From: an uncultured Patescibacteria group bacterium
GTDB taxonomy: Bacteria; Patescibacteriota; Patescibacteriia; UBA2591; CALHIP01
Direction: 5' to 3'
Assembly: GCA_938030745.1 (NCBI GenBank)
Contig: CALHIP010000026.1
Location: 16,404 to 80,403, forward strand
DNA: 64,000 bases
A program made the position numbers and the translations under genes. Below the pieces are notes generated by a model. That model was not told the DNA's origin. It made no database searches and was given only the letters and a program-made list of their open reading frames with translations. Shown here piece after piece: positions 57,994 through 64,000 of this stretch (position 1 is the stretch's first letter; each line of letters begins with the position of its first letter).

Positions 57994-58923
57994 TTAAATT
58001 ACAACTTCAATCTCCGGCTCTAGTTCGATTTTAAATTTTTCTTTAACTTTTTTCTTTATTAGATCGATCAGAGCTAAAACGTCTTTTGCTTTTGCTTTTT
58101 TGAAATTAATAATAAAATTAGCATGTTTTTCAGAAATCTTTGCTCCTCCAATTTTTTTTCCTTTTAGATTTACTGCTTCGATCAAAACAGCTGCCGGTAA
58201 AAATCCATTTTTTATTCTTTCTTTGAATTTTTCCTGAACTTTCCTTGGAATTTTTTTTAAAGGTACATTTTTAAAAATAGAACCTGCATTAGGAAATTCT
58301 AAAGGTTGTTTCTCTTTTCTTTCTTTTAAAATTTTTTTTGCCTCTTCTTCTAACTTCTTTTTATCCCCCTTTTTTAACTTCAAAGTAGCTTCCAAAATAA
58401 TCCAATTCTTCTTTCTTTTAAAGATACTATCTCTGTATTTAAATTTACATTTTTTTTTATTTATATTTACAATCTCTAATTTTTTATCCTTAATTTTTAA
58501 TACCTTGACTTTTTCTAAAACATCTTTTATTTCTTTTCCAAAAGCACCAGCATTTCCTCTTATTGCTCCACCTAAAGTTCCTGGAATGCCAATTGCCCAT
58601 TCTAATCCTTTTAATCCTTTTTTAATTGATTCTATAGCTAATTTATTCAATAAACAGCCACTCTCGGCAAAAATTTTTTTATTTTTTATTTTAAATTTAG
58701 AATTTTGAATTTTAATTACCAATCCTTTGAATCCTTCGTCAGAAAACAAAACATTACTTCCATTACCTAAAATAAAGAAAGGAATTTTTTTCTCTTTTGC
58801 TAAAGATATTGCTTCAAAAAGTTCTCTTTTCTTTCTTACCAATAAAAAATAATCTGCCCGTCCACCAATCTTAAAAGTAGAATAATTTTTTAACAAGATA
58901 TTCCTTTTAAGAGTCGATTTCAT
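57994..58923 (-). CDS. murB: UDP-N-acetylenolpyruvoylglucosamine reductase
   Basis: TFKIGG, GNGSN, GIPGTLGGA, NAGAFG, AGSIFKN and HANF motifs. Confidence 0.96.
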   Translation of the reverse strand: MKSTLKRNILLKNYSTFKIGGRADYFLLVRKKRELFEAISLAKEKKIPFFILGNGSNVLFSDEGFKGLVIKIQNSKFKIKNKKIFAESGCLLNKLAIESIKKGLKGLEWAIGIPGTLGGAIRGNAGAFGKEIKDVLEKVKVLKIKDKKLEIVNINKKKCKFKYRDSIFKRKKNWIILEATLKLKKGDKKKLEEEAKKILKERKEKQPLEFPNAGSIFKNVPLKKIPRKVQEKFKERIKNGFLPAAVLIEAVNLKGKKIGGAKISEKHANFIINFKKAKAKDVLALIDLIKKKVKEKFKIELEPEIEVVI

Positions 58924-58984
58924 AAAACTATTTTAACATAATTTTCAATTCTTGATAAATTTTATAAAATAGAAATAGAAAACA

Positions 58985-59776
58985 ATGCTTAAAGAAGAAG
59001 ACTTAGTTTGTCTTTTAGATAGTAAAAAGAAAAAATATTTAATTTCTCTTAAGAAAGGGAAAGTTTTTGAATTTCATAAAGGAAAAGTTTTTCATGATGA
59101 GATTTTAAAAAGAAATTGGGGAGAAAAAATAATTTCTTCAAAAGGAGAGGAGCTTTTAATTTTAAAACCTACTTTGGCTGAATTTGTTTTGAAAAAATTA
59201 AAGAGAATTTCTCAAATCATTTATCCGAAAGATATAGGTCAAATTTTAGTTTTAGGAGATATTTTCCCGGGAGCAAAAGTTTTAGAATGCGGAACCGGCT
59301 CTGGTGCCCTTACTTGTTATTTAATTAGAGCAGTTGGAGAAAAAGGAAAAATAATTTCAATTGACGAAAGAGAAGAAATGATAGAAACAGCTAGAAAAAA
59401 CATTGAAAATTTTTATCAAAAAAAAATTGGAAAGATTAAAAACCTAAGTTTAATAAAGAAAAATTTAAAAAAAATAGATGAAAAGAACTTCGACAGAATA
59501 ATTTTAGATTTACCCAACCCTTGGGATTATCTTTTTATCTTAAAAAAAATTTTAAAACCAGGAGGAATCTTGGTCTGTTGGTTGCCGACTGTCTTGCAAG
59601 TTTTCAATTTAATCGAGGAAATAGAAAAAAAATTTAGAGAAGATTTTGAATTGGATGGAATTTTTGAAACCTTACAAAGAGAATGGCAAAAAAGAGAAAA
59701 AAGTTTAAAACCAAAAGATCGAATGGTTGCTCATACTGGTTTTTTAATTTTATTTCGTAAAAAATTTTGTGTTTAA
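58985..59776 (+). CDS. trmI: tRNA (adenine58-N1)-methyltransferase TrmI/Trm61
   Basis: QIIYPKD, VLECGTGSGAL, LDLPNPW and HTGFL motifs. Confidence 0.92.
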   Translation: MLKEEDLVCLLDSKKKKYLISLKKGKVFEFHKGKVFHDEILKRNWGEKIISSKGEELLILKPTLAEFVLKKLKRISQIIYPKDIGQILVLGDIFPGAKVLECGTGSGALTCYLIRAVGEKGKIISIDEREEMIETARKNIENFYQKKIGKIKNLSLIKKNLKKIDEKNFDRIILDLPNPWDYLFILKKILKPGGILVCWLPTVLQVFNLIEEIEKKFREDFELDGIFETLQREWQKREKSLKPKDRMVAHTGFLILFRKKFCV

Positions 59777-59779
59777 AAT

Positions 59780-60931
59780 ATGAAAAAAGGGATTTTAATT
59801 GCTTTTGGTGAATTGTTTTTAAAATCGCCTAATGTCCAAAAAATTTTAAAAAGAAAATTAATTTCTAATCTTTCTTCTTATTTTAAAAGAAAAAAACTTG
59901 ATTTTAAAATTTATCTTCAGAGAGAAAGAATCTTTGTTGAAACCTCAAAAATAAAAAAAGCATTAAAAATTGTTAAAAATATCTTTGGCATTTCTTTTTT
60001 TGCTGAAAGTTTATTTTTTGAAAAATTATCTTTAAAAGAAATTTCAGATTTTGTAGCTAAAAATTATAAAAATTGGATAAAAGAAAATGAGACATTTGCT
60101 ATTAGATTAAAAAAGGGAGGCGGAATAAAAGAATCAAGTCAAGAAATTATTGAAGAAATTGCTAGAGGAATAAAAAGAAAGGTTGATTTAAAAAGGCCAA
60201 AAAGAAAAATTTTTATTGAGGCAAGGAAGGAGGGTTGGTTTCTCTATTTTAAAAAGAAAAAAGCTCTTGGTGGATTACCAATAAGTTCTTCAGGAAAAGT
60301 TTTAACTTTAATTTCAGGAGGAATTGATTCTCCTGTTGCTTCTTTTTTAATGGCAAAAAGGGGAAGCGAAAATGTTTGGCTTCATTTTCATTCTTTTCCT
60401 TTAGTTTCAAATAAATCAATTGAGAAAATTAAAGAATTGGCAAAAATTTTTTTAAATTATCAACCCAATCTAAAAATTTATTTATTTCCTTTTTCAAAAA
60501 TTCAAATGGAAATTAAAACAAAAGTTTTACCAAAATACAGAATTTTACTTTATCGAAGAATAATGTTTAAAATTGCTCAAAAAATTGCTAAAAAAGAAAA
60601 TTGTTATGCTTTAGTAACTGGAGAAAGTCTAGGACAAGTAAGTTCTCAAACCCTGCCAAATATTGAAATTATTGAAAAAGTAGTTTCAATTCCAGTATTA
60701 AGACCTTTAATTGGTTTAGACAAAGAAGAAATAATAAAATTAGCAAAAAAAATTAAAACATTTGAAATCTCTATTAAACCACAGGAAGATTGTTGTACCC
60801 TTTTTACTCCAAAACATGCTTCCGCCAAAGGAAATCTAAGAAAAATAGAGGAAATAGAGAAAAAATTGAATTTAAAAAGATTAATTAATGATTCAATGAA
60901 AGAAATCGAGGTTTTACACTTTTTTAATTAA
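59780..60931 (+). CDS. thiI: tRNA 4-thiouridine synthase ThiI (no rhodanese domain)
   Basis: GELFLK, THUMP domain, SGGIDSPVA, TGESLGQVSSQT and EDCC motifs. Confidence 0.93.
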   Translation: MKKGILIAFGELFLKSPNVQKILKRKLISNLSSYFKRKKLDFKIYLQRERIFVETSKIKKALKIVKNIFGISFFAESLFFEKLSLKEISDFVAKNYKNWIKENETFAIRLKKGGGIKESSQEIIEEIARGIKRKVDLKRPKRKIFIEARKEGWFLYFKKKKALGGLPISSSGKVLTLISGGIDSPVASFLMAKRGSENVWLHFHSFPLVSNKSIEKIKELAKIFLNYQPNLKIYLFPFSKIQMEIKTKVLPKYRILLYRRIMFKIAQKIAKKENCYALVTGESLGQVSSQTLPNIEIIEKVVSIPVLRPLIGLDKEEIIKLAKKIKTFEISIKPQEDCCTLFTPKHASAKGNLRKIEEIEKKLNLKRLINDSMKEIEVLHFFN

Positions 60932-60942
60932 CCTTTTAAAAG

Positions 60943-61014
60943 TTTTCCACAGTCTAACTATTGATCTTTATCTTATTGATATTAAAATCTAAATAAGAAT
61001 GATTATCAATAAGA
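60943..61014 (+). promoter_or_regulatory. fur/perR promoter with a DnaA-box match and a Fur-box-like operator over the start codon
   Basis: TTTTCCACA(60943), TTGATC-16-TAAAAT, TAAGAAT-G-ATTATCA (60994-61008), inverted repeat TCTTATTGATA/TATCAATAAGA. Confidence 0.55.
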
Positions 61015-61376
61015 AAGAGAGAATTACAAATCAAAAAAAGATTATTTTAGATTATTTAAAATCTACTAAGAATCATCCTTCAGCTGAAAAGGTTTATAAA
61101 GAAGTTAAGAAAAAATTGCCAAGAATAAGCCTAGGTACTGTCTATCGAATTTTAAAGAATTTAAAAGAAAAAGGAGAAATTTTAGAAATTTCAATTGAAG
61201 TCTCTCATTTTGATGGAGATATTTCTCCTCATGGTCATTTTATTTGTCAAAAGTGTAAAAAAATTTATGATGTTGAAGAAAAATATCCAGTTTTAAAACA
61301 AAAAAAATTAAAGGTCGGAGAAATTAAAAATTATCAAATTTATTTTTATGGCATCTGTAAAAAATGTAAAAAATAA
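60999..61376 (+). CDS. Fur/PerR-family transcriptional repressor
   Basis: HPSAEKVY, ISLGTVYR, HGHFICQKC and C-terminal CKKC motifs; leads the peroxide/superoxide genes. Confidence 0.92.
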   Translation: MIINKKERITNQKKIILDYLKSTKNHPSAEKVYKEVKKKLPRISLGTVYRILKNLKEKGEILEISIEVSHFDGDISPHGHFICQKCKKIYDVEEKYPVLKQKKLKVGEIKNYQIYFYGICKKCKK

Positions 61377-61650
61377 AAAAAATTTTTGCTGGGATTGTAA
61401 AAAAGAAATTAAAATTAACAATGGAAAAATTGAAAATGGAAAAATGTTGATTTATGAAGAAGGAAATAAAAAAATTATTGTTTTTAAATGCCTAAATTGT
61501 TTTGCTAAAAGTCAAGAATTAAGAAATTATCAACCTTGTGAAGTTTATTCAAGAGTTGTTGGTTATTTAAGACCGGTTGGGCAATGGAATAAAGGAAAAC
61601 AACAAGAATTTAAAGAAAAAAAAGAATTTAAAATAAAGGTCGAAAATTAA
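61348..61650 (+). CDS. Stand-alone class III RNR (NrdD) C-terminal Zn-ribbon/glycyl-radical domain
   Basis: CxxC-x30-CxxC followed by CEVYSRVVGYLRPVGQWNKGKQQEF, the NrdD glycyl loop. The start codon is uncertain (29-nt overlap with fur). Confidence 0.8.
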   Translation: MASVKNVKNKKNFCWDCKKEIKINNGKIENGKMLIYEEGNKKIIVFKCLNCFAKSQELRNYQPCEVYSRVVGYLRPVGQWNKGKQQEFKEKKEFKIKVEN

Positions 61651-61671
61651 TAAAAAATTAAATTAAAACTT

Positions 61672-62235
61672 ATGAAGGATCCATTAACTGTTTCTGATCC
61701 AAAACCAGTTAAAAAAGGCTCAAAAACTTATGAAAATTTATGGAAAGCTTTTGCTGGAGAAGCTCAGGCAAGGAACAAATACACCTATTTTGCTAAAATT
61801 GCTAAAGAACAGGGATTGCATCATATTGCTGCTATTTTTGAAGAGACGGCTAATCATGAATTAGAACATGCAAAAATGATCTGGAAATTATTAGGCGAAT
61901 GGTCAGAGACTAAAGAGAATTTAAAAAAGGCAATTGAAGGAGAAAATTATGAACACACAAAAATGTATCCTGAATTTAAGAAAACAGCAAAAGAAGAGGG
62001 ATTTGACGATGCAGTAAAATTTTTTACAGAAGTAGCAGAGGTAGAAGAACAACATGAAAAAAGGTATAAAAGATTATTGGAGGAATTAGAAAAAGGGGAG
62101 GTTTTCAGAAAAAAGAAGAATGTAATGTGGGTCTGCCGAAATTGTGGTTATGTCCATTTTGGCAAAAAAGCACCAAAGGAATGTCCAAATTGCCGGCATC
62201 CTCAGAGTTATTTCGAGGTAAGGCTCCAGTACTAA
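61672..62235 (+). CDS. rbr: Rubrerythrin
   Basis: [12 protein letters not shown], ExxH diiron motifs, C-terminal CRNCG...CPNC rubredoxin domain. Confidence 0.95.
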   Translation: MKDPLTVSDPKPVKKGSKTYENLWKAFAGEAQARNKYTYFAKIAKEQGLHHIAAIFEETANHELEHAKMIWKLLGEWSETKENLKKAIEGENYEHTKMYPEFKKTAKEEGFDDAVKFFTEVAEVEEQHEKRYKRLLEELEKGEVFRKKKNVMWVCRNCGYVHFGKKAPKECPNCRHPQSYFEVRLQY

Positions 62236-62236
62236 T

Positions 62237-62617
62237 ATGACTCAACAAAGACAAATCTATAAATGTAATATTTGTGGAAATATTGTTGAGGTCTTACATT
62301 CTGGAGTAGGCCAACTTATCTGTTGCGGTAAGCCGATGGAGCTTTTGGTTGGAAAGAATAAAGATATTGGCCAGGAAAAACATTTGCCAGTAATTGAAAA
62401 GACAGAAAAAGGAATAAAGATTAAAGTAGGTTCAATTCCTCATCCAATGGAAGAAAATCACTATATTGAATGGATTGAGGCAATAGTTGATGAAAAAACT
62501 TATCGTCATTTTTTAAAGCCAGGTGATCTACCAGAAGCTGAGTTTGAGATTAAAGGTGAGAAAATTTTCGCCAGAGAATACTGCAATCTTCACGGTTTGT
62601 GGGAAAATAAGGAATAA
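62237..62617 (+). CDS. dfx: Desulfoferrodoxin (2Fe superoxide reductase)
   Basis: YKCNICGN...[23 protein letters not shown] and YCNLHGLW motifs. Confidence 0.95.
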   Translation: MTQQRQIYKCNICGNIVEVLHSGVGQLICCGKPMELLVGKNKDIGQEKHLPVIEKTEKGIKIKVGSIPHPMEENHYIEWIEAIVDEKTYRHFLKPGDLPEAEFEIKGEKIFAREYCNLHGLWENKE

Positions 62618-62636
62618 TTTTTGATTCACTCAAAAG

Positions 62637-62705
62637 ATATCCACAGCCTCCTCTTGACCAGGTCTGTGGTTTTGCTAAATTTAAATAACCCCCCTATAGG
62701 GGGTA
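62637..62705 (+). promoter_or_regulatory. csoR promoter and CsoR-type operator
   Basis: TTGACC(62654)-16-TAAATT; C/G-tract palindrome ACCCCCCTATAGGGGGTA (62688-62705); ATATCCACA at 62637. Confidence 0.75.
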
Positions 62706-62716
62706 ATAAATACAAT

Positions 62717-62986
62717 ATGAAAGAAAACTACAAAAAAGAGATTTTAAATCGAATGAATTACATTTCTGGACATTTGGAAGGAGTTAAAAGGATGATAAAG
62801 AAAGATAAATATTGTATCGATATTATTTTACAAAATGAGGCTATAATTTCAGCTTTAAAAAAGGTTAATGAGATGATTTTGGCAAACCATTTAAATACTT
62901 GCGTGACAACAGCTATCAAAAGCAAAAGCGAAAAGGAAAGAAAAAAGAAAATTAAAGAACTTTTGGAATTATTTAAAAACAAATGA
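62717..62986 (+). CDS. csoR: CsoR-family copper-sensing repressor
   Basis: ISGHLEGVKRM, YCIDII and HLNTCV (Cys-His-Cys ligands); ATG at 62717 after the operator. Confidence 0.88.
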   Translation: MKENYKKEILNRMNYISGHLEGVKRMIKKDKYCIDIILQNEAIISALKKVNEMILANHLNTCVTTAIKSKSEKERKKKIKELLELFKNK

Positions 62987-63855
62987 AAAAAAATTGTTGT
63001 TTTAAAAACGAAAAAAGTAAAGAAAAAGGATTTTTCATTGGACTTTTTTCTGGTATTTTACCTCATACTTTTTGTATTCTTTTTATTATTCTTTCGATCA
63101 TTGGAGCAACAACAGCAACAACTTTATTAAAACCTTTTCTTTTTAATCGTTATTTTTTCTATATTTTAATAGCAATATCTTTTCTCTTTGCCACCTTTTC
63201 AGCTATCTTTTATCTTAAAAGAAATAAAATTCTCTCATTTTCTGGAATTAAAAGAAAATGGAAATATCTTTCAATTCTTTATGGAACAACAATTTTTGTT
63301 AATTTATTGTTTTTTATGGTGATCTTTCCTTACTTGGCAAACTTAGATCGGACCCGACCTACAAAACTTTTTGAAGATAGTACTTTGTCCTCTCTCACTC
63401 TAAAAGTTCAAATTCCCTGTCCAGGTCACGCTCCATTGATTATCCAGGAACTCAAAAAAATCAATGGGATAGAAGGTGTAGAATTCAAATTTCCAAATTT
63501 ATTTCAAATAAAATTTAATCCCAAAAGAATAGACAAATTAGAGATACTTTCTTTGAAAATTTTTCAAACTTTTAAGGTAGAGATGATCAAAGAGAACGAC
63601 TCTTTAGAAAGAGAGAAAATTTTATTCCAGCTTTATTCAGCAATTGAGAAAGCTAAGAAAGAAGGAAAATATAAATGCTGTATAGAGCCTCCTTGCACAA
63701 TGTGTTATTTAGGTAATTGGATATTTGAAGACGGAGTTTGTGATTGCGAGGAAATGATTAAAAAAGGTGACTTAAGTAAAGTTTGTCCTCAATGCCTTAA
63801 AGGTATAAAAGAAGGAAAATGTAAATCAGGATTGGGCGTTTGCCCGGCTTTATAA
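62983..63855 (+). CDS. Hypothetical metal-handling membrane protein (3 TM, HMA-like CPGH domain, Cys-rich tail)
   Basis: N-terminal CC, PHTFC in the TM region, IPCPGH, and 10 Cys in the last ~60 aa. Confidence 0.75.
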   Translation: MKKNCCFKNEKSKEKGFFIGLFSGILPHTFCILFIILSIIGATTATTLLKPFLFNRYFFYILIAISFLFATFSAIFYLKRNKILSFSGIKRKWKYLSILYGTTIFVNLLFFMVIFPYLANLDRTRPTKLFEDSTLSSLTLKVQIPCPGHAPLIIQELKKINGIEGVEFKFPNLFQIKFNPKRIDKLEILSLKIFQTFKVEMIKENDSLEREKILFQLYSAIEKAKKEGKYKCCIEPPCTMCYLGNWIFEDGVCDCEEMIKKGDLSKVCPQCLKGIKEGKCKSGLGVCPAL

Positions 63856-63862
63856 AATAAAT

Positions 63863-64000
63863 ATGACAAAAATAGAACTGAAAATTAAAGGAATGCACTG
63901 TGAAAGTTGTGCTAAAACTATTGAAAAGACCCTTTTGAAAGAAAAAGGAATTTTTTTTACTCAGGTAAGTTTTGCTTTAGAAAAAGCAATTGTTGAATAT
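63863..64000 (+). CDS. HMA domain of CopA/CopZ (3'-partial)
   Basis: MTKIELKIKGMHCESCAKTIE; runs off the window end and is not in the ORF track. Confidence 0.85.
   Translation, partial: MTKIELKIKGMHCESCAKTIEKTLLKEKGIFFTQVSFALEKAIVEY

Noticed and set aside
10683-61642. AAAGGTCG motif upstream of the major pilin (10683-10690), the NrdD-like ORF (61310) and rubrerythrin (61635)
   Set aside because: Spacing to the ATG varies (29-50 nt) and the same 8-mer occurs inside the NYN CDS and tRNA-Val. Too few cases to call a regulatory element without genome-wide counts.
61348-61650. NrdD-like ORF as a pseudogene fragment of a broken nrdD
   Set aside because: There is no upstream nrdD remnant (fur is directly upstream), both CxxC pairs and the glycyl loop are intact, and the ORF is tightly packed in the run. 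Not fully excluded.
2294-62716. Long apparent gene overlaps (2294, 3975, 11212, 34997, 36390, 62621 starts)
   Set aside because: Downstream ATGs (2342, 3999, 11104, 35042, 36402, 62717) shorten or remove the overlaps or extensions, so no frameshift needs to be invoked.
1542-62982. Short antisense or alternate-frame ORFs in the track (e.g. 1542-1790, 8289-8701, 15302-15556, 27437-27793, 34173-34436, 47045-47281, 62758-62982)
   Set aside because: They lie within well-supported genes, have no motifs or start signals, and are expected shadow ORFs.
1-64000. CRISPR array, rRNA, IS elements or alternative genetic code 25
   Set aside because: No regularly spaced repeats, rRNA-like segments or transposases were seen. 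TGA ends several conserved genes and the ORFs are intact under code 11.

Overview
Very AT-rich, gene-dense bacterial chromosome segment read with the standard code (TGA is a stop, Trp is TGG). The gene set and style suggest a Patescibacteria/CPR (Parcubacteria-like) organism; this is an inference from VirB2-like pilin arrays, GT-C glycosyltransferase clusters, near absence of Shine-Dalgarno sites and degenerate paralogues. From left to right the window holds: a polyprenol-phosphate/GT-C glycosylation cluster; five tandem VirB2/TrbC-like pilins at the end of a long minus-strand run that also has gyrA (with a 139-aa mini-intein), yidC, an unusual membrane-anchored Zn-finger Clp ATPase, galU and a solute-binding protein; housekeeping genes (rpsA, ftsH, dnaN with an oriC-like upstream region, clpP, rny, ymdB, recA, rpsO, pnp, rpmH, rnpA, lspA, comM, infB, pyrG, guaB, murB); tRNA-Arg(UCU) and tRNA-Val(GAC); a glgA + 2x GH57 + kinase + GalT-like alpha-glucan cluster; tRNA modification genes (iscS, iscU, mnmA, trmI, thiI); and at the right end a Fur/PerR-rubrerythrin-desulfoferrodoxin oxidative stress run followed by a CsoR copper locus. 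Best leads: (1) a 100-aa stand-alone class III RNR (NrdD) glycyl-radical domain inside the oxidative stress run, a possible GrcA-like spare part; (2) the membrane-tethered Clp with degenerate motifs, co-oriented with YidC and the pilins; (3) DnaA boxes placed just upstream of -35 elements at several promoters; (4) in-frame heptamer repeat islands in core genes. No CRISPR array, rRNA, transposase or integrase was seen. All product calls come from motif recognition by eye, not from database searches.
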